From IMG/VR virus record IMGVR_UViG_3300042291_001346, positions 1 to 61,166 of that record: a stretch of DNA of 61,166 bases; one strand, given 5' to 3'. The DNA is from a virus. Its lineage: Duplodnaviria; Caudoviricetes. Shown here in pieces: positions 7,830 to 18,269 of this stretch. Positions within the stretch are counted from its first letter, which is position 1. Every line of letters begins with the position of its first letter. The notes beneath the pieces are model-generated. The model worked only from the letters and a program-made list of their open reading frames with translations, did no database searches and had not been told where the DNA came from. A program made the translations under genes and the position numbers.

Positions 7830-8845
7830 AATGTAATAGGCATTTTTCCATTTAATTGATAATACTCCATAGGATATTCCCAGGCATTGTTTTCATGAGC
7901 ATATTTATATCTCAAGATAGCTTGTTCAAAGCCTTCATACTCTCGGTTAAATACTAAACCTCCTTCTAAACCTATTTTTATAATATTTTTAGATACTTCA
8001 AATACCATGGGAGAGTTGTATAACTCAGTTTCGACTACAATGTACAAGAAATTAAGTAGCTTATATCCTTTGTCTATCAGCTCTTTAATCTCAGGATGTT
8101 TAGATAGGCCCAAAGTATACACTGCTGCTTGGAAATCATATCTGTACTTCCAGAAATCACTGTTGAACATGCCAACAGTTTTGCCTGTAGACTTGAAGTC
8201 AATTGGTTGAATAGTTTGAGTATTATGATCTATAATAACTCTATCTAATTCACCTTTGAAATTTAATAATTTATGTTCAAAAGCCACAATAAATTTATCT
8301 AAAATGTCGATATTCTTACCAGGCTTCTTTACACAATAAGGAGCAGTAAACTTATCTCCTCGTAATGCCATTGTGCAATTGGTTGCTTTTGCATAATCAG
8401 TTTGAGTAATTAAAGACTTACCCTCTGATAATATTTTAATAGCCATATACTGATTACCTGCTTTAATCATAGCATCTATTCTAGTATCGTCTTTCCAATT
8501 GCCTTGATAGTTTTGAAATTTAACATGTTTTAAGATAATATCTCTTTGGGTATCCCACGTGCCTAAATCTGCTTTTGCCTCTATCAATTCTTCATAGATA
8601 TTGTCTAGTATAACTTTAACGGCATCGGTGACTCCCATACTATCTGGTACAATAGCAAACTTGCTATTGAATTCTTCTCTTGTGCTAGTCAACATTAAGT
8701 CTATAGCACTCCCTAAAATAAAGTGATCCTCAGTAGATGCCTCACGAGCCTCCATCTTCTTTACTGCTTGTAAAAAAGATTGAGGGCTCGTAAGTATTTT
8801 CTTTAGAGTACTTTGATTTAGAGCTCTTATTTCTCTATAATCCAT
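7826..8845 (-). CDS. PD-(D/E)XK exonuclease (RecE/ExoVIII-like)
   Basis: LNQSTLK, GSAID, KGELDRV..IDFKST, YRYDFQAAVY. Confidence 0.85.
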   Translation of the reverse strand: MDYREIRALNQSTLKKILTSPQSFLQAVKKMEAREASTEDHFILGSAIDLMLTSTREEFNSKFAIVPDSMGVTDAVKVILDNIYEELIEAKADLGTWDTQRDIILKHVKFQNYQGNWKDDTRIDAMIKAGNQYMAIKILSEGKSLITQTDYAKATNCTMALRGDKFTAPYCVKKPGKNIDILDKFIVAFEHKLLNFKGELDRVIIDHNTQTIQPIDFKSTGKTVGMFNSDFWKYRYDFQAAVYTLGLSKHPEIKELIDKGYKLLNFLYIVVETELYNSPMVFEVSKNIIKIGLEGGLVFNREYEGFEQAILRYKYAHENNAWEYPMEYYQLNGKMPITL

Positions 8846-9338
8846 TTGTCTTTAAAGTTGTTAATTCGTAAACTAATTTGCGCTCTTTAAGCGTTGCTAC
8901 AGGTATAAATTCATAAGAAGTTTTTCTAATAAATTCTACTGTGTCGTCGGGAAGAATCCCTTTCTTAATAATCACATCGTCTAGACACTTAAGCCAGACT
9001 AATGCTAAATTACCTATATCCCAATTTGGTTTATAGCCTACAGGCGCAGGTCTCCAACTTACTTGTCGTTTTCCTGTCTGCTTGTTTTGAATCATTTTCA
9101 TTGCTCCATAATTTACAGGCGCATATACAATTAGCTTTGTCTCTATTGGACCCTGAATGGTTAAATTTTCTGGTATATGTTTTTCTATGTAACCGTGCAT
9201 AGCAGCCACTAGAGCTGCTCTTGTTGCAAAATGCACGGATGCATGGATTTTATTATAACCAATCTTAACCCAAACTTTCTTACTTTGTGGTATATGCGTA
9301 ATAAATTCTGGAAACTCTAATTGAAGCCTACTCACCAT
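8835..9338 (-). CDS. rusA: RusA-like Holliday junction resolvase
   Basis: WDIGNL..K..DD..GILPDD motif matching RusA D-x-x-N..K..D..DD. Confidence 0.65.
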   Translation of the reverse strand: MVSRLQLEFPEFITHIPQSKKVWVKIGYNKIHASVHFATRAALVAAMHGYIEKHIPENLTIQGPIETKLIVYAPVNYGAMKMIQNKQTGKRQVSWRPAPVGYKPNWDIGNLALVWLKCLDDVIIKKGILPDDTVEFIRKTSYEFIPVATLKERKLVYELTTLKTNGL

Positions 9339-9356
9339 ATCAACCCTCCTCTTAAA

Positions 9357-10544
9357 TTAAAACCAAGAAAAATCACTCGATTTCTCTACTATTGGTTCTG
9401 TTACTACTGCTGGAGTCTCTTCCTCTTCCAATTCTATTTGTTCTACTGTTTCTACTGGTGCTGGTACAAAATCTTCTGTAATTTGATTAGAGTAATTAGC
9501 ATTTAATATTTCTAATACTTCAGTACTCATAGTAAATGTTTTAACTTTAAAATAAGTAGTACTGCCGTAATGCCCTAACTCCTCACTGTATCTGTTAATT
9601 AATACATCAAGTTTATCTTGACTTAATACTTTTTTACTAATTAAAGATTGAACAATGTTGTCTAGATTAGTATCAAGATATCGACTGTTTTTATTTAAAT
9701 AACTAAGTAAAGACTTAAAGTTTACGTGTTTCTTGGCATTACAGTTAGAGATCCTATGAGCACATTCTTTAAACAACATTTCTAGATACAACAAACTATC
9801 AGAATAATTACAATTGGCCATAATTTCTAGAGCCAAAGTTGCATTATCCTCATCACTACTATACAACATAGTTTTAAGTTGATCAAAGATTGTCTCATCA
9901 ATAATTATTGCATCATCACCATTTACATGAGCTAATAATCCACTCTCACTATACAAAGTACATTGAGAAATGTCACTATATAAAGTCTCATAATCACTTT
10001 TAATAGCCGTAACTCTAATAGAATTATTATACTGAAGTTTTAATAAATTTTGTTGAAATCTTAAATCAGTCATACAAGGTAAAACATTATCAAAACCTAA
10101 CAAAATCCTTCTAGTGTTATAATCACAATAGATATAAGGCTCTTCATAATCAGCAGTTGCTAGCAATAATTTAGTAAAATCATAAGAATCGATATCATCC
10201 TTAGCAATCTGCAAAAAATTAGTTAAAGCAATTGTATCTAGTGTATTATGCCATTGGATTTCTCCTATCTTACCGCTAGTATCTTTACCTGCAAAAATAT
10301 GAGTGGCATCAGTTATATCTCTAACAGTTTTAATATTGTAAGTAGTAGTTAAATTCTTTAACTTAACTCTTGGAATATTGACCCCAGGAAGAAAGAATAA
10401 CTTGTCGTTCATTCCTGGAGTATAATTTTTAGTTAATACTTGAGGTTCAAAATCGTCATTAAAAATTGTTTTAAAATTTAAATCTACTCCTGTAATTTTA
10501 GAAGCATCTCCATTAAGATGGAGGTGTACATATAATATGCGCAT
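9357..10544 (-). CDS. Hypothetical protein linked to the AAA/VWA pair, possible N-terminal BRCT-like segment
   Basis: LFFLPG..PRVKLK..IKTVRDITDATHIF; acidic tail ending FSWF. Confidence 0.7.
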   Translation of the reverse strand: MRILYVHLHLNGDASKITGVDLNFKTIFNDDFEPQVLTKNYTPGMNDKLFFLPGVNIPRVKLKNLTTTYNIKTVRDITDATHIFAGKDTSGKIGEIQWHNTLDTIALTNFLQIAKDDIDSYDFTKLLLATADYEEPYIYCDYNTRRILLGFDNVLPCMTDLRFQQNLLKLQYNNSIRVTAIKSDYETLYSDISQCTLYSESGLLAHVNGDDAIIIDETIFDQLKTMLYSSDEDNATLALEIMANCNYSDSLLYLEMLFKECAHRISNCNAKKHVNFKSLLSYLNKNSRYLDTNLDNIVQSLISKKVLSQDKLDVLINRYSEELGHYGSTTYFKVKTFTMSTEVLEILNANYSNQITEDFVPAPVETVEQIELEEEETPAVVTEPIVEKSSDFSWF

Positions 10545-10560
10545 ATTAAATAATTTAAGA

Positions 10561-11730
10561 TTAACTAATAGCCATTTTAACTACTCCAGGATTGAGCATT
10601 AATTTAGCAAACTTACTTTTGTTTCCGTTTACAATTTCTTTAACTAAGAAATATCGTAAATCATTAGTAAATGACTCGCAGTCAGTGGTCAATTTTACCA
10701 AACGGTTAGTGATATCATCAGTAATAGTATTTGTTTTAGCATATACTAGTGAGAAGTTAGCCAAACGAGTAGCCATTACACTAGAGATATCTGCACGGAA
10801 ATCCTCTCCTTCACCAACTGCATTACGAAGAGCTGTCAATACATAAGTCTCGTCTTTTGTAAGTGTGTCAAAAGGACTAATGATTCTGTCTAACTTGTTG
10901 TTGATAAACATTACAAACAATGCTGCAAAGTCTGCTCCTACAGAACCTTCACCAATCATTTGGATAAGCGGCAAGTTATCTTCAAACTTAGGAATAGAGC
11001 TAATAGCATTAAAGAACGTAGTTACAGATCGTGGATTAATGCGTTGAGTAACACTCTCAGGGTGCATCAACATAAAGTTAATACAACGACCGTCGATTCC
11101 TGCTTGCTCGGCCCATTTAGCCCACACATCTACATCAAATTTAAGCTCTACAGAGATGAAACGAGTTTTTTGTGCAACGTCTAATGTAGTTACATTATAG
11201 TCACCATTATCAGGATTAGTAGTCAAGATAACATGCCAATCTTTTGGAAGCTTCCATGATACATATTCTTGACGATCTAGGATCTCCATAGTAGCTTGCA
11301 TAAAACGAGCATCTGCACGAGTATAGTCATCTAATACTAAGAAACCGCCTTCACCTTTACCTTGAATCCATTCAGGAGCAGCATGCGTCATTCTCTTATC
11401 TACTACTCGATAACCTTTAGAATTAGCAGTCTCAATCTCATGCTCAGTAATCCATAAAGTTTTACCTTCAGAGTTTTTAACTTGGAATTCTTTAATCGGA
11501 AAGCCGACTAAGTCACCTAATTCTTCTAACTGAGATAAGTTAAGTTTTACAACTTGCTTGTTCATCTCTTGGCCCAATTGCATAATAGCTGAGGTTTTAC
11601 CGAGACCAGCATCACCCTCGATGTTGATGGCTACTGGTACTTTACCTTGTGCTTGGATCAATTGGTTATTAATCACCATATGTTTGATGAAATCTTTTAA
11701 TTCTTCTACGTTTAATTGTGTTTGATTCAT
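10561..11730 (-). CDS. MoxR-like AAA+ ATPase
   Basis: Walker A GDAGLGKT, Walker B FLVLDD, TTNP sensor, KTRF arginine finger. Confidence 0.9.
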   Translation of the reverse strand: MNQTQLNVEELKDFIKHMVINNQLIQAQGKVPVAINIEGDAGLGKTSAIMQLGQEMNKQVVKLNLSQLEELGDLVGFPIKEFQVKNSEGKTLWITEHEIETANSKGYRVVDKRMTHAAPEWIQGKGEGGFLVLDDYTRADARFMQATMEILDRQEYVSWKLPKDWHVILTTNPDNGDYNVTTLDVAQKTRFISVELKFDVDVWAKWAEQAGIDGRCINFMLMHPESVTQRINPRSVTTFFNAISSIPKFEDNLPLIQMIGEGSVGADFAALFVMFINNKLDRIISPFDTLTKDETYVLTALRNAVGEGEDFRADISSVMATRLANFSLVYAKTNTITDDITNRLVKLTTDCESFTNDLRYFLVKEIVNGNKSKFAKLMLNPGVVKMAIS

Positions 11731-11741
11731 TTTTCTAATTT

Positions 11742-13043
11742 TTATAATTCTAACTTAATTACTTTCCCAGGAAGTGATGTGTTTAACGAAGATCTCTCCG
11801 ATATAACCCACAATACATTTCCTCTAGGTTTAATGCTAGCATATGCTTCACCATCAGTGAAATATACTAGACTCGTGAATTTCTTAAGGTTCTCATTGAA
11901 ATAATCAAGAACGGGGTCAAAGTATGTCCCGCCTCTACCTGATACTTTAAGCTCATGTTTGCCTCGATACGGCTCAATTGACTGTATTTCTGTATCACAT
12001 TGCACAATAGTTATATCTACTCCTGTTTTATAGATATGATGAATTTCGTTCATAAACTCTTTTAATTCATCGTCGCTTACTGAGCCTGAAGTATCGATGG
12101 CCAACAACATATGTTGCTTCATCTTTATCTTAAGACCTGGGTTATCAGAGAATCTTCTATTCTCTTTTCTGCGTATCTTCTTAGTAAATACTCTTGTGCT
12201 TACTCCAGTAAACCTGCGAATAAATCCGCGCCAATCAAATTTAGGAGGAACAATCTCCTCGATAACAATTACTCCGTTAATCTCTCCTGGTACTGTGCCT
12301 TGACGTTTTACTGTTTGTTCTTTTGCTTGATTAAGGACACGCTGTGTCTGCTTATCTACAAGTTTTCTTTCTGCCTCAGACAGATCGTCAAATATTTCCC
12401 AATCGTGATTTGTAGGATCTTCTCCATTACCCAATTCATCTAAAAGATTATCCATAGCAGGGCTACCTGAACTTCCTTTTTCATCTTTATCTTTTTGCGC
12501 TTTACGCAATGCATCGTAGTAATATCTACAGCCTGCTCTCTGATTAAGATTTAATTCAGCATAATCCTCAATCATAACACCTCTTGCAGGAAGTTTCTTA
12601 CTAATAGCAAGAAGTTCTTCAGCAGTTGCATTGTTACTTTTAGCTTGAGATAACTCTTGCTTTACAGATTCTTTAAGTTCTTTATACTCATCGGCAGTTA
12701 AATCACCACCTGGAAGCATATTAGCATCTATGTACTGATTAATTTCCATATCCATAGCCACATTAGCGAGCCTTTTATCGCTAAAGTTGAAATGCATAGT
12801 AAGATGATTAAAAGCAATATGAAGTAATTCATGCTTAAGGAGACCCATCTTTTTAGCATCATCCAACGATGTCCAAAATTCTTCATTGATTCTTAGTTGA
12901 TAGTTAATACCATTCTTGCCTACACAGGCAGTAGGGATTTGTTTATCCCATATTTTATTTAGCATTAAAAGAAAAAAGCCGTAATACGGCTCCTTCAATA
13001 ATAACTCTTTGCTGACTTTACTCAGCGATAATACTTTGTCCAT
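11742..13043 (-). CDS. Metallopeptidase-like plus VWA domain protein (DUF2201-like)
   Basis: HELLH zinc motif; MIDAS DTSGS, GRGGT, FTDG. Confidence 0.9.
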   Translation of the reverse strand: MDKVLSLSKVSKELLLKEPYYGFFLLMLNKIWDKQIPTACVGKNGINYQLRINEEFWTSLDDAKKMGLLKHELLHIAFNHLTMHFNFSDKRLANVAMDMEINQYIDANMLPGGDLTADEYKELKESVKQELSQAKSNNATAEELLAISKKLPARGVMIEDYAELNLNQRAGCRYYYDALRKAQKDKDEKGSSGSPAMDNLLDELGNGEDPTNHDWEIFDDLSEAERKLVDKQTQRVLNQAKEQTVKRQGTVPGEINGVIVIEEIVPPKFDWRGFIRRFTGVSTRVFTKKIRRKENRRFSDNPGLKIKMKQHMLLAIDTSGSVSDDELKEFMNEIHHIYKTGVDITIVQCDTEIQSIEPYRGKHELKVSGRGGTYFDPVLDYFNENLKKFTSLVYFTDGEAYASIKPRGNVLWVISERSSLNTSLPGKVIKLEL

Positions 13044-13046
13044 GTT

Positions 13047-14042
13047 TTAAATTTTTAAATTCTTATAAAATTTAATTGCTTCATCTTTACCTGTGACTTT
13101 TACAAGATCACTAAAATCTGTAACGCCAGGTAGCTCAGGTACAAAAAAGTGAGGTATGTTATACTTCTCACTAAAATTAGCAGATAACTTTTTACCTGCT
13201 TCGTCATTATCAAATAGACAAATTACTTTTTGAAATCTAGATTTATATTCATCCATCACCGAGTCTTTCATCATCACAGATTCAGACTGCAAACCAATAG
13301 CACATATGCCTAAGCAATCATGAATACTCATTACATCTTTTAGAGATTTAGTTATAATGAGTAATTCGCCTTTACCAGGCAATTGCATATAACCTTGATG
13401 TACAGTATAATTTGCATTATTGATCCACTTCTTGATTTTAGTCTCGAATGGTTGATAAATCTTATAGCTTGTTCTACCATCTTTAGTTTCTACATATGCA
13501 TAAGCATATTCGTGTGATTTTACAGCAGTATCATTATAGAAGACATGGCTTATAGGGAAAACGTTGAATTTAATTAGAGTCTTTTTGTGGATACCAAAGG
13601 CTGTCCAATAATCTCTATCCTTTATATTCCATAGACGTAGCTTTACGCCTAGCTCTATGCTTTCCTTACTTACTATTCTTGTATAGTTTACCTGCTGATT
13701 GTTGACGTCTACACTTTGATTAGTTAACCCCATATCATATGCAATCTTTCTAATTGCATTCTTATAATCTAGGTTAAACATCTTAGTTACCAACACAACA
13801 AAATCACCGCAGTCACTAGTGGCAAAATCTTTAAACATTAGAATATTTCTATCCAAACGATGAAAATATAATGCAAAAGAAGGTATATTATCTTTCCTTA
13901 ATGGACTATGAAATACTCCAAGGTTTCTAATATCTTCCCCTACATAAAAACTATAGATTTCTTCTTGAGTGACATGTTTAAGTATGTCCTCTCTCGTAAT
14001 AATACTATTATATACTATTGAATTTAGATTGATTTCGCCCAT
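13047..14042 (-). CDS. dnaG: DNA primase (TOPRIM)
   Basis: SPLRKDNIPSF N-terminal domain, LLIITKSLKDVM, FDNDEAG, DFSD. Confidence 0.85.
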   Translation of the reverse strand: MGEINLNSIVYNSIITREDILKHVTQEEIYSFYVGEDIRNLGVFHSPLRKDNIPSFALYFHRLDRNILMFKDFATSDCGDFVVLVTKMFNLDYKNAIRKIAYDMGLTNQSVDVNNQQVNYTRIVSKESIELGVKLRLWNIKDRDYWTAFGIHKKTLIKFNVFPISHVFYNDTAVKSHEYAYAYVETKDGRTSYKIYQPFETKIKKWINNANYTVHQGYMQLPGKGELLIITKSLKDVMSIHDCLGICAIGLQSESVMMKDSVMDEYKSRFQKVICLFDNDEAGKKLSANFSEKYNIPHFFVPELPGVTDFSDLVKVTGKDEAIKFYKNLKI

Positions 14043-14051
14043 AGATAAATT

Positions 14052-14075
14052 AAAAAGAGGGCCCGAAAGCCCTCT
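14052..14075 (-). terminator. Terminator-like hairpin between the SSB and primase genes
   Basis: AGAGGGC-TTTCGG-GCCCTCT followed by a T run on the minus strand; a TAATTTTG box lies just upstream (14077-14084). Confidence 0.7.
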
Positions 14076-14093
14076 CCAAAATTAATGATTTTC

Positions 14094-14690
14094 TCACCAA
14101 TCATCACCCACTGTTGCAGCTTCTGCGGAAGCGCTTGGTGATGAAGTAGTTACATTATCTTTATCCAATCGAGCCATAGCATCGATGTTGCTTACTTTCA
14201 AACGAGAGTTAGCAGCATCTACAGACATTGGCTCAACAAATGGAACCCAAGAACGAGGCTGAATATAATTCTTCACAGATTGAGTAGAACCATAGTTAGC
14301 AAACATTCTGAATTTGTGTCCAGCAGCAGATCCTTCACGAACCAATTTCATACAACCATCTAGCATTTCTTTTGCAGATTGGAAATTAGGTAATTGGAAA
14401 TCTCCACCATAAATAGCGTGAAGTACGTGTTTAAGGATTGTACCTTGTTTTTTGATTTGCTCCTCTACAGTTGCGTAAGCAGTAGCTTGTTCAACATACC
14501 AGAAAGAACTATTACAAGTTGCACCCGATGCATCAGTGAATGTTAACTTGTACTCAGGAGACCCTTGCTTATCTTCAGGTTTCTTTTTGTTTACAGTTAA
14601 TGTAACGTTTTCTACTACACCTGCTTTTCCTTCATTGAAAATAGCTACTCCTGCTTTTGCGTCAAATGCGCTGTCATTTAAATTGATCAT
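14094..14690 (-). CDS. Putative single-stranded DNA-binding protein
   Basis: Beta-rich core, flexible tail ending in acidic/aromatic DDW; lies in the replication block beside primase. Confidence 0.55.
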   Translation of the reverse strand: MINLNDSAFDAKAGVAIFNEGKAGVVENVTLTVNKKKPEDKQGSPEYKLTFTDASGATCNSSFWYVEQATAYATVEEQIKKQGTILKHVLHAIYGGDFQLPNFQSAKEMLDGCMKLVREGSAAGHKFRMFANYGSTQSVKNYIQPRSWVPFVEPMSVDAANSRLKVSNIDAMARLDKDNVTTSSPSASAEAATVGDDW

Positions 14691-14723
14691 TTTACTCTGT
14701 TTTTATTGTTTAAAAATTGTTTA

Positions 14724-15311
14724 TTACCAAACTGATTCTTCTTCAGAATCATCTTCATTTGTATCAGACTCAGTCATTTGTGCCATATCTTCTACTTCAT
14801 CTGCTGCAGCAATACCTAAGCTTTCTGTTGTAGGAATACCACGTAAGTCAGGACCTAAATCCTCTTCGTCAGAGATTTCTCCTACATCAGTAGTATTAAT
14901 CTCAAACACAACTTCCTCTTCTTTTACAGTACCTTCTAAAACTGGAGATAAAGTATTTAATCCATTAACCTCAGTAATCTCAAAATGATTCTCTACTGCT
15001 GTATTTAGACCAAAGATCTTTACCATAAATTCATAAGTTCTCTTGTCACTAATAGTACAAGCTTGAGTCAAAGGAAATCCTTGATCTCCTGTAGCTTTAC
15101 GAACTGCTGCAAGTTTTTTATCAGTACTAAAACCGAAAGAGATACGGTCTCCACCAGTAATGTCTAAATGTTTCTGCGCAGCTGCATTAAAACTAAATTT
15201 ACGACCAGCTCCTAACTTTGTAATAGCTGACAATGTAATTACAGGAAACGCAAATTGTTCTTGTTTTCTTTTTCTTTGTGCGGGAACTTCATCCCAAATT
15301 AATCCTTCCAT
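14724..15311 (-). CDS. Hypothetical protein with very acidic C-terminus
   Basis: E/D-rich last ~60 aa. Confidence 0.7.
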   Translation of the reverse strand: MEGLIWDEVPAQRKRKQEQFAFPVITLSAITKLGAGRKFSFNAAAQKHLDITGGDRISFGFSTDKKLAAVRKATGDQGFPLTQACTISDKRTYEFMVKIFGLNTAVENHFEITEVNGLNTLSPVLEGTVKEEEVVFEINTTDVGEISDEEDLGPDLRGIPTTESLGIAAADEVEDMAQMTESDTNEDDSEEESVW

Positions 15312-15337
15312 TTTTTGGTTTTTAAGGTTTGATTTGT

Positions 15338-16012
15338 TTAAATTGAATAATAATCTCTGATCGTTTCGTTTATTGCGATTAGATCGTTTTCTACTTCGTT
15401 CTCTTCGAACATTTCTAGAGGAGTTTTACAAGTATCATTACCTGAAGACACAGTGCGGAACACGTGTTTATTAGGTTGACCAGGTGTCTTTACAATCTCT
15501 GCATACAACACGATAGTACTAAATGATTCTGGTACAAATTTCTCTAGCATTTTACCCTGTACACCAATACGTTCAGAAGCAAAGCCTGCATCGTCATAAT
15601 GTGTCTCAGGATGAGCAATAAGATATACGATAATATCTTCTCGCATACCGTCATTGATAAAGTTGATCAAATCATATTGAGCAGCTGCCATTTTACCCCA
15701 CTTGTCAAAGCCTTTCTCAGCTCTGAAACTAGGATTCATAATAGCATCAGTCATAATTCTTGACCAAGTATCTACAACAACAGTCTTTACATGAGAAAGC
15801 TCATTGACTTTCTTTAATGTAGCCAGTACTATATTAACATCAGAAGTCTTGCGATAATTACGTTTCTCTTCGCTATAATTTAGACGAAAAGCCTTGAATG
15901 GCAACGCTTTCTGATCGGTGTTAATAATTACTGTCTCTTCAGGATTTAAGTTCCTTAAAGAGGTAGATTTCCCACTTCCTGATTTTCCAACCAGGAATAC
16001 TAATTGACCCAT
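15338..16012 (-). CDS. AAA_24 / Sak4-like P-loop ATPase
   Basis: GKSGSGKSTS, VVVDT, IAHPE, CKTP. Confidence 0.85.
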   Translation of the reverse strand: MGQLVFLVGKSGSGKSTSLRNLNPEETVIINTDQKALPFKAFRLNYSEEKRNYRKTSDVNIVLATLKKVNELSHVKTVVVDTWSRIMTDAIMNPSFRAEKGFDKWGKMAAAQYDLINFINDGMREDIIVYLIAHPETHYDDAGFASERIGVQGKMLEKFVPESFSTIVLYAEIVKTPGQPNKHVFRTVSSGNDTCKTPLEMFEENEVENDLIAINETIRDYYSI

Positions 16013-16067
16013 AAAATTGTTTTTTGATTGTTTGAATTACCTAATAAAGATAAGAATTTTTCTTGTA

Positions 16068-16325
16068 TTAAACAAGTTCTTGTACTACTGTTATTGACAC
16101 TACATCGTGATTAGTTTTCAACCACTGCTTAGCTTTATCAACATCATCTTTAGTATGTTGATGTTCCTTAAACAGCTCAAAAGAACCGCCATTGTGATGT
16201 GTCATTGCCATTTTGTAAAATAAAATTCTCTCTGCTTGCTTTTTAGCCTCATTAATTCTTGTGGATGGAATGCTACCTGCAATTCCATCAGGTTTACCCC
16301 AATCTTGAAAAGTTTCTAATCTCAT
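16068..16325 (-). CDS. Hypothetical protein
   Basis: ATGA-coupled ORF. Confidence 0.65.
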   Translation of the reverse strand: MRLETFQDWGKPDGIAGSIPSTRINEAKKQAERILFYKMAMTHHNGGSFELFKEHQHTKDDVDKAKQWLKTNHDVVSITVVQELV

Positions 16326-16612
16326 AAATTAATAATTTCATCCTTAACTTCATCTTGTTTTGCCTTGCGCTGTTTGTATAGCTTACCCCTTAGATGCGGA
16401 TGCTCTTCCTGTATCTTTCTACTCGCTCTGCCAAAAGAATCTATATAAGGAATAGTTCTTGATTCCATATCTTTTAAAAATTGTTTAATAGGCTTGTCTA
16501 TATCGTAACCTATTTCTTTAAGGTACGTATAATACAGTCCTTCATTACTGTCTCTGAATTTTGGGTGCTTAGATAATTGATCTTTAACCCAATCTAGTTT
16601 GTCTACGATCAT
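16322..16612 (-). CDS. Hypothetical phage protein
   Basis: HPKFRDS..SFGRASRKIQEEHPHLRG pattern; ATGA-coupled. Confidence 0.7.
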   Translation of the reverse strand: MIVDKLDWVKDQLSKHPKFRDSNEGLYYTYLKEIGYDIDKPIKQFLKDMESRTIPYIDSFGRASRKIQEEHPHLRGKLYKQRKAKQDEVKDEIINL

Positions 16613-17688
16613 ACTGTTTCTGTTCTAGTTCGATAATATTCATCAATTTGTTTAAGCATTTCAGGTTTACCCATAAGCTCTTCAGCTTTAGGCAATTGAT
16701 AATAACCGCCGAACTCGCCAATAAATAAGAAACTGGCAAGAAGATTTACATCACCGTCACGATTCTTGCAGACTTTGGCAAGTCTGTAGCGATTTTTAAA
16801 CTTGGTGATATCATACCCCAAGCACTTATCAACGCCAAAGTAAAAAGGACTAGCCAAGCCTATTGCAGTATTACAATCTTCTGCCACATTACCTGTGTTT
16901 TTGATATCACTCAACATAGGCATCCAACTATCTCCCTCACGTCTATCCATTTGCTCGGATCCTCTGTTAATCTGAGAGATAACCACAGGACTAAAGTTGA
17001 ACATGTTTCTGAAGAATACTAGAGTTCTAGAAGCCTTGTCAATTGCTTCCTTCAAGTCCTTGTAATTATTATAGTTGATCAAGCCAATATGGTCAATCAC
17101 AACTAAAGTAATTAGTCCAGGATTATTAGGAATGTAATCAACAATAAGCCCTTCCTTACTTCTTACTACTTGTCCACGATTCTCTGCGTAGGATATAAGA
17201 TCCTTGTATAGAAAATCAGGATTTAGAGTAGATCGGTAGTGAAGATACTTATTCTGGATCTCCTGCATTCTATCCTCATAGAGAGGAATTAATGCTTCAA
17301 CTTCAGGTCTAATAGCTAGATCACCCTTGGATAATATCTCATCCATAGAAGTCATAATACCGTGTTCGCGCCAGATCAAACTTGCAATATGTTTAGCTAT
17401 CTGATGCTCAGGGGGAATCTCTAAAGAATAATAAATAATCTCGATATCATGAATGTAACCAGGATTATTTTGTAAGAATTCTATAGCCCCATAAACATAA
17501 GTGCTATTTACAAATGCAGTCTTGCCTACGCTGGTACCTGCAAAAATTAAATCATAACGACCTTGTTGAATATTCTTAATGTGTTTACTTAAAGTAGTAA
17601 AGCCTTGAAAGGGAATACCTGTATTTAAACCTTGTTTACCTCTTTCTATGCTTGTTTTTAATCGATCCCAATATTTAATTTTAGTCAT
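16609..17688 (-). CDS. dnaB: Replicative helicase (DnaB/SF4)
   Basis: AGTSVGKT, YSLEI, VIDHIG, ISQINR, SDIKNTGNVAED, KNRDG. Confidence 0.9.
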   Translation of the reverse strand: MTKIKYWDRLKTSIERGKQGLNTGIPFQGFTTLSKHIKNIQQGRYDLIFAGTSVGKTAFVNSTYVYGAIEFLQNNPGYIHDIEIIYYSLEIPPEHQIAKHIASLIWREHGIMTSMDEILSKGDLAIRPEVEALIPLYEDRMQEIQNKYLHYRSTLNPDFLYKDLISYAENRGQVVRSKEGLIVDYIPNNPGLITLVVIDHIGLINYNNYKDLKEAIDKASRTLVFFRNMFNFSPVVISQINRGSEQMDRREGDSWMPMLSDIKNTGNVAEDCNTAIGLASPFYFGVDKCLGYDITKFKNRYRLAKVCKNRDGDVNLLASFLFIGEFGGYYQLPKAEELMGKPEMLKQIDEYYRTRTETV

Positions 17689-17708
17689 ATGATTAATTAT
17701 TTAAGGTT

Positions 17709-18269
17709 TTAAATTGAGTCAGTATTCCACTCTTGTTCCTCTGTTCCAACATCCTGTATAAATACATCCCATTGTTCCCAAAGATTGTTATTCAATACTG
17801 TTTCCATTTGTGGAAGAAATTGCAAACTATTAGTCTGCTTTTTCTTATTCACAAAAGCCGTAAGAGCCGCGATAGCTCTTGAGTGTTCCGACGCAGTTTT
17901 AACTCTCGCCAAGTACTTCTTTTCATGCTTTAATGCTACCTGGGAGGTAGGACCTGCGCTACGTAGTACGCGAGATCCTACCTTTATTGGATAAGCATTA
18001 TAAAATTCCCAGAAGTTGATTTCGTCAGATCGTATTCTCAGAAGCTTTTCTACTAACTTATTACTAAGTGTAGTTTCTGTAAATTTGCCAGATGCATCCA
18101 AGATGTAATCAGTACCTAATAAGTTTTTACGTATTTCGAATGCACGTAATGCTCCAAACACTACTAATATATCATCATACTTTTTATGATACATTAAATA
18201 CAACCATACATACTCATCAGGCTTTAACGACTTTTTTGCTAGTTCTTTTAGATTTAGGCTTATTTCCAT
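17709..18269 (-). CDS. Putative replication initiator/helicase-loader-like protein
   Basis: FWEFYNAYP..LNNNLWE pattern; adjacent to DnaB. Confidence 0.5.
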   Translation of the reverse strand: MEISLNLKELAKKSLKPDEYVWLYLMYHKKYDDILVVFGALRAFEIRKNLLGTDYILDASGKFTETTLSNKLVEKLLRIRSDEINFWEFYNAYPIKVGSRVLRSAGPTSQVALKHEKKYLARVKTASEHSRAIAALTAFVNKKKQTNSLQFLPQMETVLNNNLWEQWDVFIQDVGTEEQEWNTDSI

